NCBI GenBank assembly: GCA_965243135.1
Contig: OZ251539.1
Location: 5,024,001 to 5,088,000, forward strand
Length of the DNA stretch: 64,000 bases
Source of the DNA: Alphaproteobacteria bacterium
GTDB lineage: Bacteria > Pseudomonadota > Alphaproteobacteria > MPNO01 > UBA830
Direction of reading: 5' to 3'
Below are positions 1 to 10,270 of the stretch, one piece after another (positions within the stretch are counted from its first letter, which is position 1; each line of letters begins with the position of its first letter). The translations under genes were made by a program, and so were the position numbers. The notes under the pieces are model-generated. The model ran no database searches and was not told where the DNA came from. It was given only the letters and a program-made list of their open reading frames with translations.

Positions 1-938
1 GCATGCAAATAGCATGCACGAACTCCGTCATTTTGATCCATACCCGCCAAAGATTTTTGCGCAAACAGGGTGATGCGCGTAAAGTCACCTGGAGTTTCAA
101 ACAATGGCGCGGGCATCTGATGAATTTCGGTTTGAGAAATGACCTTGTCGATACCGCTTCCTCGTTCTTCACATATCCCGAAACGTCGCATGAGCGACGC
201 AAGCGTTTCGTTTCGGGAATTCGGCGGACTGTCAAGAAATCTTTGAGTATCGATCAGCGGCTTTCCAGGATTGGTAACCTCAATGCGGTTCTTGAATATT
301 TCAACCATAGGCCCTGCGCCTGTTACTGAAAAATCTTGATGAATCAGGGCATTGACAACCAATTCACGCACCGCTAGTTCCGGGAATTCCGGCACCGACC
401 GACGAATCGCCTGTTCGACGATTTCGCGAATAGGTAGCTGCGCGTTGATGAGGTTGACAAATTCCTCGAATCCAGAGGCATAGCCTTTTGTTCCTTGTTT
501 TTCTCCGAACGCGTCAAGACGATCATCTCCCTGATATCTGACAATGCGCAGAGATTTCCGGATCAATCCCGGGAAATCTCCAATTTCCTTCGCGAATAGA
601 ATTGCGCCCAAATTCGTAATATCGAAACCGCCTGCGGCATTGGACTTAATCAATCTATCTCGTGCAAGCGCGTCAAGTATTGAAGCTCGGCTGTCAGGTA
701 GTGGCCTATCGAGAAGATTGAAATATTGTGGATAATCGAGCTTGCAAAGAATGTCTTCATCATTCAACCGCTCGGAAGCGATTCCGTCTTCAAATCTGAC
801 TTGATCGAATATGCGCCATAGAGCCCTTTCTTTTTCGGGATAATCCTTCAGTTTTCTTGTGGAAGCGCCGACTCGCATATACTCGACGCCATCGAACGAG
901 ACAGGACGCTGTGCAGTCCGGTCGATTTCCAGAAGCAC
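1..938 (-). pseudogene. 3' part of an IS-disrupted AlbA_2 (Schlafen) / HATPase_c_4 (RecG C-terminal-like) ATP-binding protein; runs off the left edge
   Basis: The minus frame reads EIDRTAQRPVSFDGVEYMRVG...ELAVRELVVNALIHQDF...NPGKPL...SRNETLASLMRRFGICEERGSGIDK. It joins in frame to the 2587-2937 piece once the IS and one TSD copy are removed. Confidence 0.88.
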
Positions 939-2586
939 CAGAAATTCCCGCTAAGGTGGCCGCCCTTTGCGAAAGGCGCGTCGAGATAGCGTCGTTACCG
1001 AGGGATCAGCCGCCGCGACGCACCTTCCCCGCTTCGGCTTGGTGCCGACTTAGCCTTGACCATCCTGTTTCCCCTGAAAAACTTGCTTTAGCACATTCGG
1101 TCACGGTGCCAGGTCAGGAGGTGTCGTAGGGAATTCCCTCTGCTTTCCGGTATCCAAACGCGATCATTCGGTAGAGTGTTTCCCAGTCCTTCAAGAAGTA
1201 TTCGAGAAACAATCCCCGCGCCTTTTCCCAGAAGTAAATGGGCCGCTTGGCCTTCGTTTGTGCCTGTTGGAACAGTTTGCAACATCGCTGTTGAATCTGG
1301 TCAATCAGGAACGCCAGCATCATCAGGAACGCAAAGACCGTCGACAGATTCTTGTTACCGTGACCGAAGTTGTGCTCAAAGCAGTAGCCTTGGTTCTTCA
1401 GGGTGTTGAAAGTTTCGTTCTCGATCTTCCAGCGCGCCCGCCCGGTGCGCATCAACTCCATCAGGTTCCCTTCGTCAATTGGCAGATCCGTGACCCAGGA
1501 GAAACGTTGTTTCTTACCGTTTGGGAGCTTCTCCCAGTATTCGAGAAAGTTCACTTTGAGGTCGAAGTGCGTATCGTTCAGAGGCACTCCGTTGAGATAC
1601 CGGAATTCGTGCCGTATGTTGTCACCGTCCGTGAACTCCCGGCGCTCCACGGACGGCGCGTTGTTGACCCACTCGAACAGGAATTTGTGGTCGCCGGGCT
1701 TCGCCCCCAGTATGAAACGCATGTCTAACTCCTTGAGAAGATTGACATGTGGTCCGTTCGAGGCCAGCCCATCTTCCAACACAACCAGCTTCAGGTGCGG
1801 GTGTTCACGACGCACATCTTCCAGAAGCCGTTTCGCTGCGTTGCGTTCGCAATCGTTCTTTTTTGCGCCGTCTTCCTTCAGGATCGGTTCCGGTGCAAAC
1901 GGAAAAACCTCCTTTTGTTCCGGATGCACCAGAACGGCCCCCAACATCTGGTGGTAGTAGGTAATCGTACCGTCGCGGTGGTGTTTCTCGCAGCAATTTT
2001 TACAGTGCACCTTGTTCGACGAGAAGTATCCCGTTCCATCGATCGAAAGAGCGTAATGCCCGTTCAGACAAGTGTATTGTTCCAACCCCTTGCCTCGTTG
2101 CAAAACCTGGAACATCTTCGTGAAACAACGCCGCAATTGCCGCGGACAGACTTCGTCAAGCCGTTCGCGCATCGCAGTGTCCGACGGCACGCGCTTGACG
2201 CCGTATAAGGTCGCGAGGTTGTGCCGAACCGCTTCGTCGGCGTGCGCGGCTTCGTCGAATTGCAGAAGCGACGCATACTTCATACCGAACACCGCTAGAC
2301 CCGACATCAGACAGTCCGTCTGGTTCAGCCCCCGGCTCGCGATCGGATCTTCAATACGGTCGAAACAAGCTCGCACTTCCTTCAGCAATCCCGGAGCGCT
2401 GAGCGTCTTGCGCATGCCTGGCATTCTGGCCATTTTGGTACAATCCCGCCTCGCCTTCGGACCACTTTCCAGAGAAAAATGCTCCGCTCGAAGGCAAATA
2501 GCCCCGAATCACCTCGAAAAGTCCACGAAAGACTTTTTTCCGGCCCCATATTTTTCAAGGGTTTCGAGCCTTAGCGGGAATTGCTG
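939..2586 (-). mobile_element. Complete insertion sequence (1648 bp), probably ISNCY family ISMae2-like group
   Basis: 18-bp terminal IRs with 1 mismatch: CAGAAATTCCCGCTAAGG (939-956) and the reverse complement CAGCAATTCCCGCTAAGG (2569-2586). 9-bp target duplication CAGAAGCAC at 930-938 and 2587-2595. CAG ends plus a 9-bp DR match my recollection of the ISMae2 group. Confidence 0.93.
1114..2433 (-). CDS. DDE transposase (439 aa)
   Basis: Intact ORF inside the IRs; motifs LSIDGT, LEDGL and RARWKIENETFNTLK (D, D, E). Confidence 0.93.
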   Translation of the reverse strand: MARMPGMRKTLSAPGLLKEVRACFDRIEDPIASRGLNQTDCLMSGLAVFGMKYASLLQFDEAAHADEAVRHNLATLYGVKRVPSDTAMRERLDEVCPRQLRRCFTKMFQVLQRGKGLEQYTCLNGHYALSIDGTGYFSSNKVHCKNCCEKHHRDGTITYYHQMLGAVLVHPEQKEVFPFAPEPILKEDGAKKNDCERNAAKRLLEDVRREHPHLKLVVLEDGLASNGPHVNLLKELDMRFILGAKPGDHKFLFEWVNNAPSVERREFTDGDNIRHEFRYLNGVPLNDTHFDLKVNFLEYWEKLPNGKKQRFSWVTDLPIDEGNLMELMRTGRARWKIENETFNTLKNQGYCFEHNFGHGNKNLSTVFAFLMMLAFLIDQIQQRCCKLFQQAQTKAKRPIYFWEKARGLFLEYFLKDWETLYRMIAFGYRKAEGIPYDTS

Positions 2587-2937
2587 CAGAAGCACTACTC
2601 TTTTCTCGTCGATGATGCATTCGTCAAAACGGAAATCGATCCGAGGATTCAACAGCCGCAACAGCCACGTTTCCAGAGGTTCGTTGCCCTTTTTGGAATC
2701 CGGAGGCGAAAAGACTGTCCCGACGACTTCATGCGTTTTATCCTCTATCCCCCAGAGCATATAGGCATGGGGCCTGCCCTGCAGCGCCGCAGCATTTGCC
2801 AACGCCGATATATACTCTCCGATCACATGCGGTTCACGTTGGCCGACCTTGAATTCAACCCACTCCGTCTCGTGCGGCAAGCTGCGCAATTCGTGAACCC
2901 AGTCACGGATGTAGTCCTGATTCCGATCACCGTTCAT
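2587..2937 (-). pseudogene. 5' part (AlbA_2 domain) of the IS-disrupted gene
   Basis: HETEWVEFK...GEYISALANAA...MLWGIED is typical AlbA_2; the reading is cut at EKRVVLL by the IS. Confidence 0.88.
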
Positions 2938-3658
2938 GGCGCGTGACGACCAAGCGGAGAGCCTGCAGGATGCGGTCGTCGTAGTTGATTGAACAAATAC
3001 GCCTATCCTCTGAAGCTAGTGATTCGAGCGCAAACAAACTTATCAAGGTTATCCAGCTGTGGGCATATGGTCAAGTGTCCAGAACGACGGTGCCACGCCT
3101 ACGCTGTCGACGTGTCGCTTCCCCGGCCTGCCAACCTGCAAGCGCCAACCAGCGGCCCCGCCATGCCGAGCCGGCGAAACGCTTGAACTCCAGGTAGCGG
3201 TTCTATCGAACGAATGCGACCCGCTTGACCCGCTCGTCCGGTCGAGCGAAGCGGATTTTCGCCTCCTCGAGGGGAATCCTTAAGGCAAGGGTCTCGTTCG
3301 AAGCCGCAGCTCGTGGATGACCGAATCGACTTGCGAAAACCGGAGGAAATTCATTTCAACGGCAAAAATTGCGGAAATTCAACGTAAAATCAGCACGGGA
3401 TCGCCCTGACTTCGCCCAACCTATCGTTGCATGTCTACGCTGCCCGGCGGGGTGTTGCTGGTTCTTCATCGAAAACGAAGTGAAGATCCAAACTGCCGTG
3501 CAACCTGTCGGCAGCCCCTGAATCTACCGGCGGTAGGGCGCTCTTTCGGCGTCATGGCAAACCGCAGCGAAGTGCGTCCGTTCCGGGAACTCCGTGCTTC
3601 GCCGCTTCTCGTCGGTTTCCGACAGTCCGTTGAAAAAACCGCAAACCGGAAGATTCGC

Positions 3659-4606
3659 TTACACCCCCGCCGAAGCGGCGGCGAGCGTATCCGTTTCCAT
3701 GTCCTCGTCTCGAACGGCTCCGATCAGATCCGAAACGCGTTCGATCCCGCGGTCGTCGCACCAGGCTTCGAGATCGTCGATGATCATGGTGAGCGCGGTC
3801 GGATTTCTGAACCCGGCATATCCGATTCCCACCGCCGACGCGCCTGCCAGCATGTACTCGACGACGTCCTCGGCCTTGGTGACGCCGCCGATGCCGATGA
3901 TCGGGACGGAAACCTCCTTCGCCACCTGATAGACCATGCGAAGCACGATCGGCTTCAACGCGGGCGACACGAGCCCGCCGAACTTGTTGCCCAGCGCCGG
4001 ACGAAAATTGTCGGTGCGTATCTTGAGGGACAGGAAAGTATTGGCGATGACCAGCGCGTCCGCGCCCGCCTCTTCCGCAGCCAACGCGATGGAAACGATG
4101 TCGCCCGCATTGGGCGAGAGCTTGGCCCAGACGGGCTTTTCGGTCGCCGCCCGGATCGCTCCCATCACCTTCTTCGTGTGATCTTCTTGCAGCGCGAAGT
4201 TGCCCCCGGTCGTGTTCCGCGTCGGACAGGAGATGTTGCATTCGATCACGTCCACGTCGGGCACGCTCAACTCGGCGGCCAATGCGGCGAAATCCTCGAT
4301 CGACTCCGACGAAACGCTGACCACCAGCGGCGGCGCGAACTTCGCGTACTCGGGAACGATGCGATCCAGGAAATAGTCGATGCCCTTGCCTGGAAGTCCG
4401 ATGGACTGAATGATCCCGGCCTCGGTCTCCGCCATTCGCGGCGTCGGATTGCCCACCCGCGGCTCGCGGCAGATGGTCTTCGCCACAAGCGCGCCTAGAC
4501 GGTTAAGGTCGATCACGTCGGCGTATTCCCAGGAAAACGCCCCCGACGCGGGCTGGATCGGATTGGCTAACGTCAGATCGCCGATCCTGACGGAAAGATC
4601 TACCAT
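3659..4606 (-). CDS. pyrD: Dihydroorotate dehydrogenase family 1B-like catalytic subunit (divergent)
   Basis: PASG, GNPTPR, NISCP, KLSPN and IIGIGG motifs; start reassigned to ATG 4606 (MVDLSV), overlapping the upstream stop. Confidence 0.8.
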   Translation of the reverse strand: MVDLSVRIGDLTLANPIQPASGAFSWEYADVIDLNRLGALVAKTICREPRVGNPTPRMAETEAGIIQSIGLPGKGIDYFLDRIVPEYAKFAPPLVVSVSSESIEDFAALAAELSVPDVDVIECNISCPTRNTTGGNFALQEDHTKKVMGAIRAATEKPVWAKLSPNAGDIVSIALAAEEAGADALVIANTFLSLKIRTDNFRPALGNKFGGLVSPALKPIVLRMVYQVAKEVSVPIIGIGGVTKAEDVVEYMLAGASAVGIGYAGFRNPTALTMIIDDLEAWCDDRGIERVSDLIGAVRDEDMETDTLAAASAGV

Positions 4607-5472
4607 CCCACGGCCTCCTGAAGATCGAATACCGGACCCTCGCGGCAAACCCGCCGGAGAACGCGCTGGCCGCCGACCTCGAAAGTACGGACGCAGACGT
4701 AGCATGCGCCGAAGCCGCAGACCATGATTTGCTCCATCGCCACCTGACCGGGCACGCCGTGTTTTCTGCCGAGGCGTTGCATCAGCTTGAGCAGGCGGTT
4801 GGACCCGCAGGTAAAGAATGCGTCGGCCTTCCCGTTCGCTACCAGCTCCTCAAGAATCCGCTCCACGTTGGCGACATCGCTGCTGCCGTCCGTGTCGACC
4901 ACCGTCACGACTTCGGCGCCCAACTCTGCGAACAGTTCCTTGGACATGACGACCTCGGAATTGCGCGCGCTGAGGATTGCGGTCACGCCGAGGTCGTGCT
5001 CCGCCGCCAGTTGCGACAGAGGAGCCAATGTCGCAAGGCCGACGCCGCGCCCGAGAACCACGAGGTTCCGCCAGCCGGGTTCGAGCCGGAAGCCGACCCC
5101 CAGCGGCCCGGTGATGTTGAATTCGTCGCCGGGTTCCAGCAAGCCCATGCCGCGCGTGCCGCGTCCCTCGCATTTGTAAAGGAATTCGAGCCTGCGATCG
5201 TCGCGGTCGACGCGATAGACGCTCATGGGACGGCGCATCCATACCTCGGCGCCGTCGGGCGTCGGGCACAGAAGGTGGAAGAACTGGCCCGCCCGCGCGT
5301 TCATCGCCCGCTCGTGCACGTCGACGACGATATGCCTGTACTCTTCGTTGACCTGATCGTTGGAGACGACCACCGACACGAATTCGGCCACCGGCCGAGC
5401 GGGATGAGGGTCGGCAGCTCCGATGCGGAGCGCGGCGTCCGTATAGTTGAGGTTGGGATCGGGGATCGTCAT
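4600..5472 (-). CDS. pyrK: Dihydroorotate dehydrogenase electron transfer subunit (FAD, 2Fe-2S)
   Basis: AGQF, RRPMS, GPLG, GRGVG, EQIMVCGFGACYVC...VCREGPVF; adjacent to pyrD. Confidence 0.85.
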   Translation of the reverse strand: MTIPDPNLNYTDAALRIGAADPHPARPVAEFVSVVVSNDQVNEEYRHIVVDVHERAMNARAGQFFHLLCPTPDGAEVWMRRPMSVYRVDRDDRRLEFLYKCEGRGTRGMGLLEPGDEFNITGPLGVGFRLEPGWRNLVVLGRGVGLATLAPLSQLAAEHDLGVTAILSARNSEVVMSKELFAELGAEVVTVVDTDGSSDVANVERILEELVANGKADAFFTCGSNRLLKLMQRLGRKHGVPGQVAMEQIMVCGFGACYVCVRTFEVGGQRVLRRVCREGPVFDLQEAVGW

Positions 5473-5529
5473 CGCCCGCAGCCGTATACTGAAGTTCATG
5501 TGAATACTACAGGCGTTCCGCTGCAAACT

Positions 5530-6777
5530 CTACATTCCGCCGAATAGCATGGTGACGTTGATCCGAAGGTTCTCGTATCCGACCGCGAACTCCGGCGCGT
5601 CCGAACCGTGACGCAGGCGGGATCTGAACAACGCCGCCCGGTTCTGACGGTACGGAACGACGATCCCGTTCTCCGTCTCGCATCCGCTTTCTTGCCCGTG
5701 GATCACCATGCCGCCGCGTCCGGGGTTGCGGTTGGCCGCGTCCGGCGTCAACCAGAAATTCAGACTCACCTCCGCGTCGTCGGCATGAAGCTCGATCGGG
5801 AGATCCGGCGCGAGTCCCTTGAAGGCCCAGGCCTGCGAAAGCGGATGGTCTCCGACGATGCCCGGAAACGCCTCGCGAATCTCGTCCGCGATCTGAAGGA
5901 GAAGGGGGCTGGCGAGGCCGTCTTCCAGATAGGCGGCCAAGAATCCGTCTATATGCGCAAAATCGAACCAGATCGCGCTTTCCAGCAGATGCTTCCGCAG
6001 GCGCGCCAACGCCGATGGCGTCAGCAGGCCGTCGAACCACGCCGCGCCGCGCCGCGCGAAGGCCGCCGTAACGCTCCCCTTGTCGATGCCGGGATCGACG
6101 GCCGGTCCGGACGTTTCGGGCGCGTCGACCATATGGTGAGGCGTATTGTAGGTTCCCGACAGCGCTTCAAGTTGCCCGGCGTCGAGCTCGACCACCCCGT
6201 CGCCCAACGTTTCCGCGACCGCGTCGTAGGCGCGGGCCAAACGTTCGAACGGCCGGCGCGAATTCTCGGCGATATAGCGCAACTGCGCCGCGTCGTGCGC
6301 GAGCTTGCCGCGCGTCGCGCGCCTCAAGGATCGAGCCGCAATGCCGGCCCGGTCTTCTCCCCGGCGCAGTTCAAGGGTGCGCGCGAAATGATCGAGCGCG
6401 CGGCCGCGGCGCCCGGCGGCCTGCCAGAGGAATCCGAGCCTGCGGTGCGCTTCGTACGAATCGGGTTCAAGGGCCACGACCCGCATATAGGCGTCGCGCG
6501 CCTCGTCCGTCCGCCGAAGCGCGAAAAGCGCGTTCGCGCGATTGAAGTGGGCCGTCGCATAGCCGGGTTCGCGGGCGAGCACGCGGTCGAAGCAGGCGAT
6601 CGCGTCCGAAGGATCGCCCGCCTCGGCGCGAAGAACGCCAAGGTTGTGCCATATGCGCGGGTCGTCCGGCCTGGAGCGGAGGATCGACCGGTAGGCGGTT
6701 TCCGCCTCGTCGAGGCGGCCTTCCCTGTGCAAGGCGACCGCGGCGCGGATCATTTCGCCAGGATCTTCGAAGCCCAT
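5530..6777 (-). CDS. TPR-repeat protein with C-terminal 2OG-Fe(II) oxygenase-like domain
   Basis: Several TPRs (WHNLG, AHFNRA, AHRRLG); C-terminal HAD...H...R pattern (LHADD, LRHGSD, RINVT). Confidence 0.75.
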   Translation of the reverse strand: MGFEDPGEMIRAAVALHREGRLDEAETAYRSILRSRPDDPRIWHNLGVLRAEAGDPSDAIACFDRVLAREPGYATAHFNRANALFALRRTDEARDAYMRVVALEPDSYEAHRRLGFLWQAAGRRGRALDHFARTLELRRGEDRAGIAARSLRRATRGKLAHDAAQLRYIAENSRRPFERLARAYDAVAETLGDGVVELDAGQLEALSGTYNTPHHMVDAPETSGPAVDPGIDKGSVTAAFARRGAAWFDGLLTPSALARLRKHLLESAIWFDFAHIDGFLAAYLEDGLASPLLLQIADEIREAFPGIVGDHPLSQAWAFKGLAPDLPIELHADDAEVSLNFWLTPDAANRNPGRGGMVIHGQESGCETENGIVVPYRQNRAALFRSRLRHGSDAPEFAVGYENLRINVTMLFGGM

Positions 6778-7093
6778 CGCCGCCGTCCGCTTGCAGACGC
6801 TGCCACTCCGACCGACGGGCCGGGTTGCGCGATACCCGTCGTCCGTTCCGGCCGGTCTTCGGGAGCCGCGCCCATGCGGCCCGATCGCCGCGCTGCCGTT
6901 CGCGGCCTCCCCAAGCCGTAACCGGGCGACCGTACGAGGAAAGAAACGCGGAACGCGCCCGCCTGCACTCCATGAGCGTCGCGCCCGCGTCGTTTCCGCG
7001 CCAACTTCCAAACCGAGCGTTCGACGCCCGGGATCTTCCGGAGGGTCGAATTCTCATGCATTCCGGGCGCGCCGGACTTGAAACATCGAGCTG

Positions 7094-7450
7094 TCATCGT
7101 CCGCGAACTGACCTCTTCATGACGTGACGGCGCAACCTCGATATCGCCCTTACGAGAGGAGGCTCCGGCGACAAAGCGCGACGAAGGATAAATCGTTGCC
7201 TTGAATTCGGTTCTGCATTCGCTTCTTTTGAAAGATAACATCCCATAAAAGCCGTCAAGACCGCGACGGTATAAATGGAGATCCAATCACCCAATCCGTC
7301 GGACCCGGCCCAGCTAAGGGAAATTATCAGGAAAGGAAAATGGGCGCGCTCCAGCGCATCGAGCTTGGGACGGGAAGAATCGATAAACGGATACAGAAAA
7401 TAGAACGCGAGAGCTATTATAGAGACGACGACGGAAGTCTCGATCTGCAT
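7094..7450 (-). CDS. Hypothetical membrane protein
   Basis: AT-richer ORF, ATG 7450 after GAGAGGGA, with hydrophobic segments; no family recognised. Confidence 0.4.
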   Translation of the reverse strand: MQIETSVVVSIIALAFYFLYPFIDSSRPKLDALERAHFPFLIISLSWAGSDGLGDWISIYTVAVLTAFMGCYLSKEANAEPNSRQRFILRRALSPEPPLVRAISRLRRHVMKRSVRGR

Positions 7451-7733
7451 GATTCCCTCTCTCAACGCCTCGTACGGGAACGCGCTGACATCGTCGAATC
7501 AACCATCGCTACGGAAAACCACGCGATCGACAACGCTACCGCCGATAATATGACCAAGATTATAGTGCGTGAAACTCACGAATCCTCCACAGACAGGTTC
7601 AGATTAAGTTGAAAATTCCGAGTTGGCCATTCATATGCCTGCGTACGAATGACGGTTGAACTCTTCGTCCATGAGCACCTCACCGGCATTCGCGGTCTCG
7701 TAATTCAGGGCGCCTCTCAAGTTCCACGGGCCA

Positions 7734-8057
7734 TCAACTCGTAGGTAATTCACAGCCGCCGATATCCTCGAAGTAGACCAGTGCCGGCAGGTTGCGGCGT
7801 TGATGGACGAGTCGCAGGATCACCGGCTCGCTAGCGGCGGCGGTTATCCGCGCAAAGAATATGACGTGCCGTTTGTAGTTCACCGAGCGCAGACCCGCCG
7901 CGAATAAGCTTCGATCACGTCCGCCGATCGGCCGCGATTCCCTCGAAAGCTCGCACCAAACCCCAGTCAACCACTGATCACCGCCCCAAGTCTCGACAGT
8001 ATAGCGCCGGATTTCGTCCAGGTCCCGACGCGCCAGACGGGAGAGTCCGAGCGTCAC
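7734..8057 (-). pseudogene. parE: RelE/ParE-family toxin, damaged
   Basis: LSRLARRDLDEIRRYTVETWG...HVIFF...ILRLVHQRRN. The expected central helix GLVRAFEGIAAD lies in a different frame. Confidence 0.7.
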
Positions 8058-8070
8058 GGCGGAGACCGGA

Positions 8071-8313
8071 TTACCGCAGGCCCGCGTCCGGCTCATAGTC
8101 GCCGGGATCGAATTTGGCGAAGCGCCCGGCCTCCGCCTCGCGCACCGCCTCTTCCAGATCCGCTTTCAGCCTGCAGAACTGACGCGCCCCGTCCCGCTCC
8201 ATCAGCAACCGGATCCCCGCACGCACCACTTCGCTCAAATTGGCGTAGGCGCCGGATTCGATCCGGCCTTGAACATAAGATTCCATCGATTCGGTCAGGC
8301 GTACGTTCGGCAT
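8071..8313 (-). CDS. parD: ParD-family (RHH) antitoxin
   Basis: NVRLT...IESGAYANLSEVVRAGIRLL signature; directly upstream of parE. Confidence 0.85.
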   Translation of the reverse strand: MPNVRLTESMESYVQGRIESGAYANLSEVVRAGIRLLMERDGARQFCRLKADLEEAVREAEAGRFAKFDPGDYEPDAGLR

Positions 8314-8419
8314 CCGAGCTACCCCCATATCCTCAATGGCGTCAGATACTGACCGGCGACGCCATATCGGTCAATTCTCGAACTTTTGCGGACTGCCCTT
8401 CGCCGGATTGCTTTCGTCC

Positions 8420-9000
8420 GGCGGTTCATCGGCAAGGCGACATCGAGGCGGCCACAGCAAGAGCGGCTTGCGATTCCGTAACTTTCCGGGCGAAGCCTTG
8501 CGAGCGCCGCAACGGCAAGGCCGTGCAGATCCTCAAGGTCCGCCTTGCGGAAGTCGGGCGTCTTCGGAAAGCACTGGCGGCCCGGCCCGTTCGCGTGCTC
8601 GTTTAGCCCGCGTTGTCGGCGCGGTCGAGCGAAGAAAAACGACGCCTTCAGAGCTTCCGCGGGCCGCGAACTCCTTGACCGGACGCCGGCATGCGCCCGT
8701 TTCCTCGGCCGGCCTTCAGGCACGGCCAGCAACGTAAACTTGGAGGCGGGGTTCGCCAGCGACAGCACGGCGCGCCCGTGTCGCCGTCCCAGTTCCCGAT
8801 CCGGGACTTCTCGGCCTTCGGACGCATGTCCACCCGACGCGGTCGCGGCGCTTCCCGCCGCTTCGCCAGGAGCGCCGCCGACTTCCTGTCGTCCCGTGTG
8901 TGCCTGTAGATCCGTTAACCGTGAACCCGCCGCGCAGGCGTCCCGGCTCCGGCCTCCACCGCTGCGCCAGCTTGCCGGCCGCTTCGTCCCACCGGGTCAC
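8420..9000 (-). mobile_element. Eroded IS30-family transposase remnant (ends approximate)
   Basis: Fragments in several frames: KLAQRWRPE, IYRHTRDDRK, RPKAEKSRIGNWDGDT, ASKFTLLA and FFFARP..RGLNEHANG..RQCFPK..DF. Confidence 0.7.
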
Positions 9001-9150
9001 CTTCCGCGAAACGCTGCGCTTCGCAGGAACCTGCTACCGGGCAGCCATCAAGGTCGGCGCGACCCAGGGCCACGGCAGCGCCCGGCGCGAACGCGCTCTC
9101 CCGGTCAAGGATGCTGAAATTCCTGCGGCGGGACTGGAAGCGGAAAAATA
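9001..9150 (+). pseudogene. DUF4338 (DruA-like) C-terminal fragment
   Basis: TFRETLRFAGTCYRAAIKVGATQGHG...ALPVKD resembles the DUF4338 consensus F.GTCYRAANW..VG.T.GRG...PVKD. Confidence 0.55.
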
Positions 9151-9226
9151 GACAGTCACTTAACGAGCGAACGCTTGCCGCAATCTTGCAGGATCGTCGA
9201 CAAAAGAATCGGAGGTCGTAACCCTG

Positions 9227-9679
9227 TCAGCCGTTCTTCGTCATTTCGTTCCGACTACGCAACATCGCGCAAAACGCACCTTCATTTCCATAGTTCCACG
9301 GTGCCGCTCGGTGTTGGTACACGCGGTGATTCTGGTTCAACCATACCGGCACCTTCCGGCGCAGAATACCGGTGCCCTTTTGGGGCGACCCTTTGCCTGT
9401 GATGATCAATACGCAGCGGCGGGAATCTGAAGATTGCGATTTCGCAAGAAAGTCGTTTACCGCCGGTTCCGCTTCGTCCACGGTTTTCCCGTGGAGGTCC
9501 ATGCTCCCTTGCGGTGAGTTACAGCATGGGATCGATGGATCGCCGGGCTGGACGGTAAGTTCATCGTGGCTTTTGGAAGGCCCAACCGGTACGCGGTCGC
9601 TTTCTGGTATTGGTTGGATTCCCTTATCCTCCGCATATTCGAAAAACTCCCGTTCTTCGGCATTAGTGACTTTATTCAT
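9227..9679 (-). CDS. Stand-alone Smr/MutS2 C-terminal domain protein
   Basis: DLHGKTVDEA, VLIITGKG, GILRRKVPVWL and GNEGA motifs. Confidence 0.85.
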   Translation of the reverse strand: MNKVTNAEEREFFEYAEDKGIQPIPESDRVPVGPSKSHDELTVQPGDPSIPCCNSPQGSMDLHGKTVDEAEPAVNDFLAKSQSSDSRRCVLIITGKGSPQKGTGILRRKVPVWLNQNHRVYQHRAAPWNYGNEGAFCAMLRSRNEMTKNG

Positions 9680-9829
9680 CCGCCGTTCTCCCATCGTCCA
9701 GCGGATGGATAGCAAATCTCCACCGCTAGCGCACCGCGGAAAAATATGATTGTGAACTCATTAGCGAGCTGTTTGCGCAGCGCCATTTTTTGTCGGCCGC
9801 CGCCCGGCCGGCACCCCGCGGACCGCTCC

Positions 9830-10270
9830 GCCCGCCCGCCGGCAGGGCCGCACGGACATTCAATCCGCAGGTGTCCGAGCGCCCCGCCGTCACAAGGCCG
9901 AGCCGCAGGCGCCCGCAGGCCGCGGACATAGTGCTTCTCCATGCGGTAACGTTGTCGACCCGGCTGTAGATTTGCTCCATGGCGGAGCGGCGGTCCGCGC
10001 TTCCAGGAGTGGCCGCCCCAGGGGATCGGCGTGAAGCCTGTCATGCTTTTCCAGCGCGGACGATGCGGCTGTACTTGCCAGCCTGGGCTCGGCAGCATTC
10101 CTTGCGACCTGCGCAGCCGAAGGCCGCCGCCGGGCAACGGTACTTGAGGGTACCGCACGCCCCGGGGTTCGCCTCGAAGTCCGGGAACGCCATGCGCCGA
10201 TGGACAGGAGATCCTGGACCTCCGCGGGACGGAAGAGGCGCGAGGATCCAGGACGCGCAGGGCGCCCCGG
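9830..10270 (-). mobile_element. Eroded DDE (IS5/IS1182-like) transposase C-terminal remnant (ends approximate)
   Basis: Frameshifted pieces: MAFPDFEA..GTLKYRCPAAAFGCAGRKEC, FTPIPWGGHSWKRG, MEQIYSRVDN and MEKHYVRGL. Confidence 0.55.
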
